Of a stretch of DNA of 64,000 nt, positions 23,521-36,633 are shown one piece after another. The stretch comes from Cyanophora paradoxa CCMP329 (lineage: Eukaryota; Plantae; Glaucophyta), in the NCBI GenBank assembly GCA_004431415.1, contig QPMI01000113.1:186001-250000 (forward strand), given 5' to 3'. Numbering within the stretch: position 1 is the first letter of the stretch; each line of letters opens with the position of its first letter. A model generated the notes under the pieces. The model was not told where the DNA came from. It did no database searches and saw only the letters and a list, made by a program, of their open reading frames with translations. A program made the translations under genes and the position numbers.

Positions 23521-23933
23521 CTTCTTCACGGCCTCGTGGAGCCGCACGCCCGGCCTCGCCTGCCTGGATCTCGGCCCCGACCCGCCGGCCTGGCGCCCCG
23601 CGGCGGCCCCGGGCCGCCTCGCCGTCTTCCCCGACCGCGCCCTGCAGGAGATCTCGGGCAGGCGCTTCCCCGCAGGTGCGGGCGCTCGCCGGTGCAGGCC
23701 TCGGGGGCGGCGCCCTCGCCCCGCAGCGGCCGATCGCGAGCGCCCGGCAGCGGTGCACAGGGTGGAGCGGGAGGAGGGCCCGCCCCGCCTCGCCCTCGTC
23801 TACGAGCTCAGGCCCCGCACCGGCGCGCCCATCGCCCCCTCCGCCCTCCGCCCCCGGGCCCCCGACCCCAACCCCGGCCCCGGCATCGCCGGCCGTCGCG
23901 GCTGGAGGCGCCGCCGCCGCAGCGCACTAGTAC

Positions 23934-25980
23934 TAGCCCCGCCTGCCCCCCGGCGGGGCCCGCGGTTCTGCCCGCGGCCACCCTGCAGCCGCCCCGCCCT
24001 GCCGGGTTGGAGCCCGGTGCCGCGCTGCCTGCCCCCGCCGCCGCCGCGGCGAGGGGATCGTTCTCCGCCGCCGCGGTTGCGGCTGGCTGCGCCGACGCCG
24101 GGTCCGGCTGCGCGACCGTTGGCTGCCAGCCCCGGCCTGGGCAATCTGCATTCCGATGCGCAAAATGGGCGAGGAGGCGGTGGCGCTTGCATCCCACCAG
24201 GTTCTTGCGGAAGCGCCGGCGCGCCGCGAGGTCCTCCGGCGGCCGCACCCGCCAGAGCGTGCCCTCGCGCGCCGGGTCGCCAATGCTCACCGAGTACTTG
24301 AGCGTCTCGTACTTCGGGTGACCCGTTCCGGCTGCCGCCGGGCTCATCGCCGCCTCCCAGGCAGCGGCCTTGTCTTCATGGACAAGGACCTGGAGGACCT
24401 CGGCTGGCGGCGTCGTTTTGCCGACGTCGTACGTGCAGAAGTTGTAGCTATATAGATCAGCGCCACTTCTCGGTCGTCCTGCGCCACGCTCTTGAGGATC
24501 TCCGAGAGCTGTGAAAACCGTCAGTCCTTTTGATAAAGGAGTGCTTCTTGCGCCAGTTTGCGTTACACGTACCGGTAGCGCTGCCGTATCTTGGTGTACG
24601 GTCAGGGTGAACTGTGCACACTTGTGGAGCGGCGGCGCAGCGTCGACGGGGCTCATGGTGATTGGGCATGTCTGGAACTGAAGTTTGCGAGCCTTGCTGA
24701 GCTCCAGCAGTCTGTCACAGCGTAAGTACTCGTTCACTTCCGCTCGCGAGGCGGGCCGCACGCACTTCTCAGCCAGTTTGGCGTTGTGGATGGTGACGAC
24801 GATCCGTGGTGGTTCGAGCATCAGCATCTTGTCCCGCACCGCGCTCGGCGTTCCCGCAAAGCCAAGGACCTTGAATCCGAGGCACTGCGCATCAACCTGC
24901 GCTCCAGGAGCCACGGTCAGCTGCTGGTGGCGGCGGTCATGGTCCGGTCCAGGTCTGGGAACCTTCTCGCTCGGCAGCGGGACGTAGTTCTTATCCGTCG
25001 ATACTTCACGTTCGACGGTACGCAGGAGCTCGCGGATGACGTAACGGACGGCGTCGTGCGTGCGCTCTGAGAAGTTGCCGTCGGGGCGGAACGGGATCGT
25101 GCTTCCGAAAACCGGCGCGCCGTCCATCACCAGCATCGGCGCATTCGCCTTGTCATCAATGAAGATCCGTGCTTGCGGGTTCAGCTGCGCCCAATCAGTC
25201 GACGTCCGGAGAGCGTCTCTTCAGTTTGAGTCCGCCGCGCACCTGAACTGGCGGGCCAATGTAGTAGGTGTTCTTCGCTACTAGTTGTGCGGTGCCCGTG
25301 GTCACTCGCAGTTTGGCGACGGTCGCCTTTGCCCACTGCGACCACCGGGATCAAATGGGGTGGTCGTGTTTGACCCTGCTCACTGGGGCACGCACCCGGC
25401 TAGCCGCGGCGTAATTGATGTTCTCCATGACGTCTTCTGGCGCCATGACTCCGATGCAGCCCTTGTACGGGTAGTCTTCGCGGACTCCGCCGTGCGCGAT
25501 GTTCCGTTTGGAGATTTCCTGCGTCCCCTCCGTCAGCTGGCCGCAAACGAGCATATGATGTGTACATAAGCGTGTACTCACGTCAAGGATCATGGCCCGT
25601 CGTTCGCCAATCGGGGCCACGCTCGGCCCGTTGGGGCTGAGCGTCTGGTTCACGTACTTGACCGGGACGAGCTGCAACGGAGTGAAGTAGACTGCAACGG
25701 ACTGTGCTGGGGGACGGAGCTCCTCCAGTCCGATTTGCCGATGGCGTTCCGCGGCCGGCGAGCCGTCGCCGGCCTGCGGGTTGGGCGGGATCCGTGGGAC
25801 TTGCTTGACGAGGCCCGTAGGCAGTTCTTCTTCTTCCGCGCCTCCATCGAAGTCGATGAGATCTTCGTCGAAGGGTTCTTCGCCTCCGCCGTCTGCGGGC
25901 GCCGCCGGGTCGTCCCCTTCTCCACCTTGGCGCGGATCCATCGGATCCGCGTTGTGTAGGTCACCGTTAGCGTCAGCCAT
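23934..25980 (-). pseudogene. LINE ORF1 (gag-like nucleic-acid-binding protein), inverted
   Basis: Intronless ~680-codon reading (ORFs 25351-25980 and 23808-25136) broken by one TGA and one frameshift near 25220. Acidic N-terminus, C-x2-H-x7-H-x4-C knuckle-like CKRHRLLAHFAHRNADC, RGG-rich tail. Confidence 0.7.
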
Positions 25981-26824
25981 ATGGCCGTTCGCCTACAGAT
26001 CTGCGCGTGCACGCGTCCGTTAGACGGGCGCCGTGTGAAAGTGACGGCCTGAGCGCGGCCTCGGTCTTCCGCGTCCTGGGGAGGACAGGCGTGTTTACGA
26101 ACTGCGGACAGGGGGTCCTGGGCAGCAGCGATGGGCTTGCGCAATGCGCAGCAGTGCAGGCTCTTGCGAGCAGATTGCTGGGACGCCTCGGCCCGAGGGT
26201 CGGAAAGCACTTACCAACGCAACTATCGTCCTACGCTAGCCGTAGAACGCGTTGCTGCGCTGTTCCCGTGCTCCCGCGCTCTTTTCGGGGGTACGGGGAG
26301 GTGTGTCTGAGTGCGCGCGTGACCGCCGCACGACGCCTCGGAGCGACAGGCAAATTGGAATCTCGTCCCTGCAGCTGCAGCTGCCAAACGATCCCAACGA
26401 GTGGGGCGGTCCACTCGCAGCAGTCCGTTTACGGCATATGCCGTCAGTCCTATTACGGCTTATGCCGTCATGTTGCTTTGGGAACCTCGGCGGCCCCCTG
26501 TTCGAATCAGACCCATAGCGGTCTCGCAGTTCCCCACGGCCGCACGAACGCGTGCGCACGCCTGAACATGAGCCCTCACACGTGTACGCGTGCTACTTGC
26601 TCGCTGAACGCTCTTACGCAGCGGAGACAGGCGCCGGCACATCGATATCCACGTCGACGCTTACGGTCGTGTCCCTGTGCATACTTACATGGGAATAACG
26701 TTAATGCTCACAGCCTAGACACATGTGCATGCGCAGTGCATGGTGCTCCTATAGCTACGCTTGATCGCCGCAGCCGACAGCTGCAGCGGCCAGCCGAGCC
26801 CGGGGCACGGCATGCACCACTAGA

Positions 26825-29800
26825 ATGATGAACAAAAGGAAAAGGAATGAGAGCAAGATAGAAAAACAGAAACCGCCGCCGAGGGCGCAGGCAGGGCCCT
26901 CGCGGAGGGCGCCAGCTGCAGCCCAGACCCTTAGACTACAGGATATCTTCCCCCTCGCGACGTTCCCCGAGGGCGGGGACACCATCGGAATGGCGCCGAC
27001 AATCGAGAAAAAGAAACCTGAAGGAGTTCTACGGGCCATGACATTTAATGCGAGAGGCTCCAGCGAATCCAAGCTGCAACAGACCGAAGACTTCTGCCGG
27101 CGGTGGGGGATAGACTTCGCTGGGCTGCAAGAGATCTCTATGTCGAAAGGAGACATCGCAGCCGCGCTCCGCTCGCCCGGCATGGGCGACCTGCCCGAGG
27201 GAGCCATCACCTACGGAAAGATCCTCTGCACGACGAAATCAACCCGGTGGCACGGCAACGGAGCCGCTCTCTGGGTGGCGCCGCAATGGGTCAAGCACCT
27301 AACGAAGAAATACGAGGTGCCGGGCCGGATGATCGGGTTCGAGCTCCGGTTCAAAGAGAACCGCCAGCTGTTCGTCGTAAGCATCTACATGCCCGCGTCG
27401 GAAGCGACAGACGAACACCGGCGGGACCAAGACAGAATCCTGCAGGAACTTGAGAAACTGATCGCTGATTTCAGCACGCGGCCGAACGCGCACCTCCTGC
27501 TGCTAGGAGACTGGAACTCGGTGGCGGTCCCGGAACTGTCCCGCGTCCGAAACGGGGCCCCCGTTCCCAGCCGAACGCCAGAACGAAAGTGGTGGAACAC
27601 GATGATCGACACGTGGGATCTGCGCGACGCGGCGATCACGCACTCTGCCGCGCACGACAGCGGCGAATGGAGCGCGGCGCGGGAAGTGACACACAGGACG
27701 CACCTTCCGAGAAGCGGAGACGATACCGGCCGCGGCGCTAGCGGCTCACAAGACGACGACGCCGCTCCGACCGACCTGCCGCAGGACGCCGTCTGGCACG
27801 CGGCACGCATCGACGCGGTCCTGGTGTCAGAGTCACTTGACAAGGCGCTCCTGAGCGCGCACACCTGCCCGGCACACGTCGATGCGCCTCACGACTCGGA
27901 CCACTTCCCGGTGCTCGCGGACTTCTCGCTGGAGGCCGCGGGCCTGAAGGCTCCGACGGGACCGATGCAGACCCCAACGCCGGGACCGCCGGTCTTCGAC
28001 CCGGACTCCCGCAAGCTGACGGACGAGGAGAAAGATGAGTTGAAAAGAGACCTCAACAAACGCATCGGCGAAGTGCTGGGCCCAGACCTTGAGGCGGTCG
28101 GGAGCGGCACCCGAGAAGAGCGCCTCGAGCGCCTCGCCCGCATCCACACTGAAAGCGCGCGGCTAGTTCAGAAAGTGGCGAAGGACCACAAAGCCATGAA
28201 GAGCAGGGGCTCGCACCCGACCAAGCCGCGCAATCTGCCATGGCAGGCGAAAGCGGACTCCAAGCTTGGACGGGTTTGGGCCGCATGGATGCAGGAACCG
28301 AGCGGAATCCCGTCGCTAAGAACGATCGACAAGATAGAGAAGCTCCAGAAGTTCGTGACAAGACAGGAGGGCGCGCGGCCCTTCCCGCTGCGGCCTACGG
28401 AACGGAGGCAAGCGGCAGCTAACGCTGGCGAGGCGACTGCACCAGCGCCTGCCTCGGACCCTAACTCGCCGGACCAGCGCCCGGACCCCACTGTACCCCC
28501 CAGCCCCTCGACGCACGCGACGGGCATACGAAGCGCACGCAACTGAAAGAAGACTGGGCATCTTTCTTCAGGGAACTGAAAACCTGGCGGAACCGCACCA
28601 GGCACGACCTGCAGAAACTGCGGCGGCAAGACAAAGCAGCAGACATTTCCAGGGCCGTAAAGAACCGGCTAGCCGACTTCATGGACGGCCGCCGCCTGGG
28701 GGCATTCATAGCCTCTGTGCTCGAGAAGCCTAAGAGCCGGCCGATAATGCACATCACCCGCCGCTCGCAAGACGGAAAGACGTACGAGATCTATACGGAA
28801 CCGGCAGAAGTGAAGCGGCTCCGGATCCTACGCGAACATTGGAAAACTTGGTGCCAAAGACGGCAACCCCGAGTGGGCTGTACTGTCGGGGAGGTGCCGG
28901 ATAGCGAGCTGAAAACAAAAAACGGAAAGCGCCTGCTTGACTTCTGGCAGAAAGAGTACAAGCCGCGCGGGAATCCGGCCCTCTTCGAGAACGATATGGC
29001 TGTGCCATCCGAAACCGAGCTAGGGGACTACATCAAAACGCTAGGCAACACGGCAGCGGGGCCTTCTAACCTCTCCTACGCTATGGCAAAGTTCCTGTGG
29101 GCAAAGATCCCCAAGAAAAAGAAGGAGAGGGCCCCCTCGGGAGACCAGGGCCGAGCCGGCGCCCCGCAGGCGGCGGAGGAGGAAGAAGAGGAGGAGCCGG
29201 AGCCCTGGGGCCGGAGGCTACTGCACTCGATGGTAGCGGAAACGATCCGTCTCAGAGACTTGCCAGACTCGGTCTGCCAAGGCAACGTCTTCGGAATCCC
29301 TAAGAACGGAGAGTGGGACGGGGATATTGATAATAACCTGCGGCCAATTACACTCCAAGAGGTAGCCCTGAAACTCACCACGGGCCTCCTCAATGAGCGC
29401 CTGTCCCGGACAATCCATCAGAACGGGCTGCTGAAGGGTGCGAACTACGGGTTCAGACCTGGATGCTCCACGGACGACGCCCTACACGTCTTCAACGCTA
29501 TGCTCGAGGACGCAAAGCAGTTCAAGAAGCCCATCTACGTCCTGCTGCAGGATATCAGGCGCGCGTACGACTCGGTATCGTGGGAGAGCATGGAGCTCTC
29601 GATGCGGAGGCTGTGCATACCGGAAGGGTACATCGAACTCCACAGGAACATCTTCCGCCGGCGCCGAGCCAGGGCGATCTCGGGGCACGGCCTCTCTGAT
29701 GAATTCGAGCTTGAGTGCGGCCTCCCGCAGGGCGGCGTCGAATCGCCACTGCACTGGCTGATCTTCTACGACGCGCTCCTCTGCGCGCAAGAGAGAATGG

Positions 29801-32800
29801 ACGAAATTGAGCGTCAGGACAGCCGGGCTAGCTCGGTGGCAGGCTGGCTGCAGTCGGGGACGGGTACGGCTTACGTGATGGGGGACCCCAAAGAGAAGAG
29901 CCAGGCCGAGCTTGGTCGGCGAGCACGGGTCTGCGGGCTGGCGTACGCAGACGATACGAAGTGGGCGAGCAGCAGCCTGGCGGGGCTGCAAATAATGGCT
30001 GACGTGGCAGGCGAGTTCTTCCGCCTGCACGATATCGAAGTCAATGCAAAGAAAACGATCTTCACGTGGAACAACGCCCCCCGCGAGTTTGAGAGCGTCG
30101 CGGGGGCGCACCCCGCCGCGAAGAAGAAGGAGAAGAAACCGGCGCCGCTGCGCATAAACGGTACCCCCGTCGGGGTGGTCCTTGAGCCCCACGAACACTT
30201 CAAGCTCCTCGGAGTGTACATGAGCGCGAACCTCAACTGGGGGCGGCAGTGGCAGTACGTACGCGATCAGGCACGCAACGCCGTGAAGACGATTGAACGC
30301 AAAAAGCTCACCGCAAACGAGGCATGCTACCTGGTGCAGGCCGTGGTGCAGGCACGTATCGCTTACGGCCTGAAGCTGATGACGATGGACGATCAGCAGT
30401 GCAAAGAGCTGGATAGGATATGGATGCGGGTAGTAAAGCACCATGCGCACCTAGCCTCATCGACGACGAACTACGTGATCTGGAGTCACGGGGGGTACAG
30501 CCTCAAGCGCACCGAGCACCTGCAGGCGGAGGTTCAGATCGCGGAAGCGCAGATCCGCCTGTGCGCACCGGAAGACTCGTTGCTGGCCCGCGTCGTCCGT
30601 CACCGTGTGCGGGCCCTCCAGGAGAAGCTGGGGGTACCGTTGCTCCCGACCGAATTCCTGAACGCCCCCGTCTCGAGAGATGACGTTCGAACGAACTGCC
30701 TGGCGGCGCTAATGCCCCAGATGCAGCGGCGTCAGTACAGGCTGATGTCAAATCACGAGCGCTACGCCGCTTTCCGGCAAGTACCGGGGGCGGAGCCGTG
30801 GCCGGAGCCGGCACGGTTGGATAGGCGCTTCGTCCTGGCGTGGCACATCCCGCGCTCGATTTTCAGGGAAGCAGCGCCCAAGCTCTACGCTGCTGGGGTG
30901 GTCACAATGGACGCGGTGACGGCGGCGGACGGGGCCACCGTGCGAACCTGGCAGGACATGTACATGCGGGCCCCCAGAGAGACGCTCCCGCGGGCTGAAC
31001 CTGCGTGGTGGCGAGTGCTCAGGGAAGCCATCACGAGTGACGGACAACAGCTACAGTACCCCATGAGGAAGGCGGGCACGCGGCCCTCACCGATGGCCGC
31101 CCTGGCAGCTGGGGCCCGGCAAGTAAGATGGGAGAAGGATGCCTTCGTGGCAGTGTTCGACACGGCGAACCTGCACGAGGATGAGGCGCTGCCCATGGTG
31201 GGACGGGTCGCGAACTGGCGCTCAGAGGCGGGCAGCATACGCGCGTACCAGTACCTCCTGCAGCACTGGGTGCCAGTGCCCGACGCGGCCGATCCGAACG
31301 CCGAGGGCGCAGGCCTGTACTGTCGCTGCGACGGGCACTGTCAGAAAACGGAACCCAAGAAACGCAAACGAACGTACACGGCGATCCAGGGAAGCGGAAA
31401 GAACTACTGGCACCGCGACGCGCGATGCGAACATGCCGATCCGAGCCAGTGCACCGAGATGAGCCAATGCGACGGACCCTGGGCAGAGGGTCAGGGCTGG
31501 TGGGAAGACGAGGATGCCCTCCTCGGACTGACCGGCGAGGTACTCGAGGAACCTATCCACATCACCAGGTCGGACACGGCTGGCGGCGGCCAGACGACGG
31601 CGTCAAAAAGAGGGCGCAAGCAGACCCACACGGGCCCGACCCTTGCGTACTTTGACCCCGGCCTGCTGGACGAGCGGAAGCGCCAGCAACTGCTCCTCCT
31701 CGCCCGAGTGAAAGCAGTCCAAGATGGAGATGAGCGGTTCCTCCGCAGCGCCCTACTCCCCGAGGCGGAAGCGGAGCTGCAAACAGCACTCGAGACGGCG
31801 TCGGCGGCGGAGCCGAGGGCCGAACCGCTGGACGAGGCGCCGCCCGTTTCAAACCCCCGCGAACTGAGAGATTTGTATCAGGCGAGCTTCGGGCCTGAGA
31901 CTTGGAGCGAGCAGGACGGCCAGTACTGGCAGCACGCACTCGCGCTCTGGGAGACGATCGAGAAGTACGAGCTCGAGAAACACGGTAGCGCGCATCCGAG
32001 GTTGCTGAACATATGGACGGATGGGAGCCTATTCCAGGGTCAGACGGAAAGCGCGCACGCGGGCTACGGCATTGTGATACCTGCGACCGCTGCGGACGGC
32101 GAGCGGCTGAACCCGGACGAGGCTGCGACCGAATGCCTCGGCCGGCTCCGAGGACTCCAGGAGATCAATAAAGCTGAACTCCAAGCGGCGATCGTGGCAG
32201 ACGTACTGGCACCGAACGGGATGCGCCTGCACACGGACAGTCAAAACGTCTGCACGTGGTACCAGAAGTTTGTGCGGAACGCACACCAGCAGCACGCGCG
32301 CGACTACGTCAGACACCCCTGCAACGCAGAGCTGTATGCGTGGTCGCGCTTCCGAGCCCTGATGCAACACCGGGAACACCGAAGAGCGGTGGCGCTCGTC
32401 AAGGTCAAGGCCCACAGCAAGAAGGAACCCCTCCACGAACTGAACGACGCGGCTGACAAGGCGGCCAAACGGGCGGCCAAGCTCGAGCCGCAGCCGCCAA
32501 ACACGCTGACAGAGGACATCTTCCTGCCGCCCGCTTTCAGCATGCCGGCGGTGCTGACGATCGAAGGGCCAGACAGAATAGTGCGGCGGGTGGAAGGCGA
32601 CCCCGGCGACACGCTGCTGTGCTGCACGCGCACCACACTCACTTTGCCTGGGAGAACCAGCTGAACGCGGGGAATGGCTACGAGCGCCGGTGGACCACGG
32701 CGCAGTGTATGATCAGATGGCAATGGGACCCCGCCGCGTCGCGGTGAGCCAAGAGAGCAACGGCTTCCGGGGTACCCACGCGAAGCTCGTACTGGGTACG

Positions 32801-33637
32801 GTGGCTACAGCGACGGTCCGCAAACGAGATGCGCCCGAGCTCTACAGTGAGATAAACCCCGGGGGGTTCTGCGCCCTCTGCAGCGTACGCCAGACCGATA
32901 GCGAGGGCCGGCCCCGGCTCGTGGCTGGTCCCGTGGAGACGCTCGAACATGCCCTCTCCTGCCCCAGCGCGCCAGCGGTAGCGGCACGCGCGGAAGCAGA
33001 AGCCAAAATAGCAGAGGTAGTCGCCAGCGAGCTACCGGAGGCGCTCAAGCGGACGGTACCGCACGCGCTTGCTACGTCTCTGAAAGTCACGCGCGTGGCT
33101 GACCTGACGCTCACACAGACAGAGCGACAAACTCAGCTTTGGGTTTTGCGCGGGCTGCCACCGGCCGGCCTCACTGATCTGATCCGCGAGACCGTCGAGG
33201 ACGAGGCCCAGGCGGGCAAGATCGCCCGCAAGCTAACGAAAGCGATCGGTGAACAGGCGCACAAAACCTGGGCAGCACGGTGCAAAGCGTACGCAGACTG
33301 GGAGAAGGCGTGCGGGATCACGAAGATGATGAAAGAGCGATGCGCGAAGCCCCCACGCGCCGAGCCGCGCCCCCGAGAGACGGCCGCGAAACCTGGCGGG
33401 CACCGCCGCAAGCGCAGGAAACTCGCAATCGACGAGCCGGTACAGCCGCGCGAGCGCTGCGCGGAGTGCCATGCGCTTATGTCCAGGCACCGGGGTGGGG
33501 ACGCCCTGGCCCTATCCTCACTGAGCTGCCCCCCAGACGATCACGGCTGGGTCCGGGCGGCGGAGGCAATGCAGGTGTACGACCACACCAACAGGTATGC
33601 ATGGGGCGTGGGGACAGCAAGGACCAGACCACGTTAA
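26825..33637 (+). CDS. LINE ORF2 polyprotein (~2270 aa): AP endonuclease, reverse transcriptase, RNase H, zinc fingers
   Basis: APE motifs TFNARG, GLQEI, SIYMP, LLGDWNS, RIDAVL, SDHFPV. RT motifs RPITL, GFRPG, DIRRAYDSV, GLPQG, YADD, LLGV. RNase H motifs WTDGS/AEL/TDSQ/NDAAD. Three 1-bp homopolymer breaks (~28500, ~32601, ~32670); copy A corrects the last two. Confidence 0.92.
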
Positions 33638-36262
33638 ACGTTGAGAGGGGTGCTTTCTGGGGGGGGCTTGGGGGGCACGGCGGGGACAACAACACGAGGA
33701 GGACGCAAACAGTGGAGCGGGAGCCAGCAGCCCGCTAAACAGGGGCTGGCCAGCAACATTTCTCTTTCAAACCTTTTCTTACCCTAGCTGCGGCGTGCTA
33801 CGAGGATGGAGTAGGGCATCGCCAGCAGAGATTAGGACCTGACTTTCGTAGGACTTAGAAATGCAGCAAAGTAGACGTCACAGGAAATAGAAATGCAGTT
33901 GTAATTAGATATAGAATAACTAGATGTTTAGGCACAGCACGCGAGAGTCCTCATATTCTCTTCCTGGATACTGTTTTCAGTGAGGGTATGGTCGACGTTA
34001 CAACTTCATTGTTGTATGGATGTGCTAATGCAAATCAAAAAAGCTCCACGCACTCTCCGCGTTATCATAGTATCTGATTGACAAGGAGCATCAGCGGCTC
34101 GCCGTTCGCCTCGGCCGCGGGCGTGGGTTCGCTCATGATCACCGCGCCGAGTTGCAGCTCCAATGGACACCGCTTGCCGCCGCGCGGGGAACGCGTACAA
34201 CTGCAGAAAAAAAAATTTGCTCGGATAGGTCCGGCCAGGCAGGGAGGGGTGCGTACAACTGCAGAGGAGTCAAACACACGTCGAGAGGCGCTCGCGACTA
34301 GCGTGCGGCGCGCGGGCGGCACGAACCTCGAAAGATCTTTCGGCGCGCGGGCACCGGCCGGGCCCGGGCCGACCGCGCCGGCGCGCGCGGGGCCGAAGCC
34401 GCGCGAGCTCTGGCGCAGAGAAGCATCTCCTCGGTAGCTACGATCGTCCTGAACAGCGGGCTCAGGCTGAACAGCGGGCTCAGGCTGACTCGCGCGCGCT
34501 GCGGAGCGCGGGCTGCACGCGTACGAAAGCGCTCGCGATCAAAAGCTTAAGCGCGCGGCCAGCGAGCTATAGCTAAGCAGCGCCGTTCGCTCTGAACTTA
34601 GAGCGGGATCGGATCAAGCACCCTTAGAATAGGGCGGTGTGATGTTCTGCATGGCTTGGTGCGCAGACTCCCCGGAAGCGGTCCGGATCCGACATGTACA
34701 GGGCCTGCATGCACGTGCACGAGCTGCTGCAGGCGCTGCACGCCTGCTGCAACTGATGCAGTTCCGCTCATGTGAGGCGTGCAGCGATTGCAGACATGTA
34801 CAGCTTGCATTTCAGGCACGACCAACGACATCTGGACTAGCCTGACTAGCCCTAGCAGCTGTCTGGCTAGCAGTGGGCCGCCGGTCGAATCGTAAGGGCT
34901 CAGTCAGATAGGCAAGTGACGTCGAAAATCGAAATCGAATACCGAAGCTCGAGATCGAAACCCTTTGCGGCCCTTTGCGCCGGCGCCCCGCCCCGCGCGC
35001 GCCTCGTGGGGCTCGCGATCGGAGCCCTCGGGGGGCGCCCCGCCCTCGAAGTGGCGGAACTCGACCGCCTTGCGCTTCTCGATCTGGGCGAGGCCGGCTC
35101 GGAGGGCGGCAAGGCGGGCGGAGCCTCGGAGGGCGGGGAGGGGGGGCGCCTTGTAGCGGAGGCCGCGAAGAGGAAGGCGATCCAGCCGCCCAGCGCGCAC
35201 AGCTGCCGCCCCGCCCTTCAGCGCCCCCCGCTGGATTCCGCGCGGGGGGCCGGCGGGGCGCACGAGGGCGATGGCGAGGACGGGCTTCCAGGCGGCCCCC
35301 GAGGCGGCGTGGGCGGCGAGGGCGCGCGCCGCGTGCACCACGGGCCCGAAGAAGAGGCACTGCGGGGCGCGCCGCTCGAGGCAGAGATCGAGCGCAGTCA
35401 GCGTGCAGGGGTATGAGCACGAACTAGGGGGATATCTGAATAATCGGCTAGCGCTCGCTGACGTCGACCCGCACGCCGTCAGCCCGCTCGCTGGAAGTTT
35501 ACCGCGGCACGCGCAGCCCCCACACAGCACCGGGCACAGAGCACGAATGGAGTCAGCGTTCACCCTCAGCGCTGTCGTTCGGCCGCAACCGGCATCCGGC
35601 GCGCAGCCTCAGCATGTCTCTCTCGGCTTCGCATCTTCCATATCTCTTTCGGAAGCTCCCGAAGCTTCCCGTCAGCCAGGCGCTTCGTCTCTGGCCACAA
35701 CCGCGTCTCCCTTCACCCGGCTCGCAACCGCGTCTTTGAGCCGAAGCCCGCACTCTCTTTCAGCATCAGCTGCAAGGCGCCGAAGACTCCGGAGGAAGAC
35801 GGTGCGCCTTCAAAGCTTCTTCGCCGCATTTCCTCGCTTGCCGCAACCGCTGATTATGATCTACCGCCATGCAGCTTTCAATCTCAGAGATTTTCTGGTC
35901 GATTACGAGAAGGAAACAGACGTCTCCAAGCGCTCTGAAATGCTGACCGTCGTCCGCTTGCTGTTTCGCGCGTGTCATCCACAGCATTGCTCATATTCTT
36001 GCAGGCCTGTGCGAGGGTCGTGCAGGGATCGGCCCAGCTGTTCGTTCCCGAGCTCAAGGGCGAGCTGGCCGGACTCAAGGGTGAAGTGGCCGGACTCAAG
36101 GTTGGACTCTTGTTCCCCACGCCTTGTACTCTCAAATCCGATCCGTCACTGACTTCGTGATATACATATATATAGTTCGCCGGCGGTTTCTTGGGCGTCG
36201 TGATCCTCCTCACTGCGATTGTGGCCAGCGTATTCAAGTTCGTGTATTTTTCGGTGCTTCGT

Positions 36263-36633
36263 CACTCAGAATCTCACGTTTCTCTTTCATGCCACAGATG
36301 AGATGCTCTACTCCGCCTTAGGGGTTGGCTCTACTGCTTCGGCCTTCACTTCCCGGCCACCGCGCGCACGCCCTCCCAAAAGTGTGCAATCACGAAGCAG
36401 ATGCGATTCCGAGTGTGCTGAAGGCGCGGCCTTGCGAAAGCGCGAAGTGCGGTCTAGGCCCTACGCGGCGGCGCGCGGCACCTGCGCGAGGGGCGGCAGC
36501 TGGAGGGGGCCCGCAGCGGGCTCGCGCGGGCCGCGGCGGGCCGGCTGGGGCGCGGCCGGGCGGGCGGCCGCGGGGAGGGCGGGCTGACGACGAAGCGGAC
36601 GAGGCATGAAAGAGAAACGTGAGATTCTGAGTG
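36263..36633. mobile_element. CACTC-ended MITE, copy 3
   Basis: Same 31-bp TIRs. Confidence 0.8.

Larger units (their letters stand above)
15223..23930 (+). pseudogene. 2OG-Fe(II) dioxygenase copy 2, disrupted by the 6.5-kb element and the 912-bp insertion
   Basis: Exon 1 is split at agcctg (15355-15360 / 21860-21865). The rest matches copy 1. Confidence 0.82.
23934..34042 (+). mobile_element. ~10.1-kb non-LTR retrotransposon (APE-RT-RNase H-zinc finger; L1/Proto1-like, clade uncertain) with an inverted 5' segment
   Basis: ORF2 domains on +, ORF1-like ORF on -, A6 tail at 34037-34042. The left junction is defined by comparison with the unrearranged 43550-43570. Confidence 0.9.

Noticed and set aside
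25351-25353. Stop-codon reassignment (in-frame TGA in ORF1, TAG at 2087)
   Set aside because: Isolated lesions. The TAG comes from a 6-bp insertion absent in copy B, and TGA/TAG end other genes normally.
26495-26515. tRNA or Pol III B-box (gttcgaatc)
   Set aside because: No cloverleaf or A-box is evident and the match is imperfect.
25981-26750. LINE TSD within the inverted segment matching the 3' flank gctccacgcactc
   Set aside because: Only a 7-bp partial match (cgcactc) was found, which is not convincing.
28490-32675. Programmed frameshifting in LINE ORF2
   Set aside because: The breaks lie in C/G homopolymers and differ between copies, which points to long-read error or decay.
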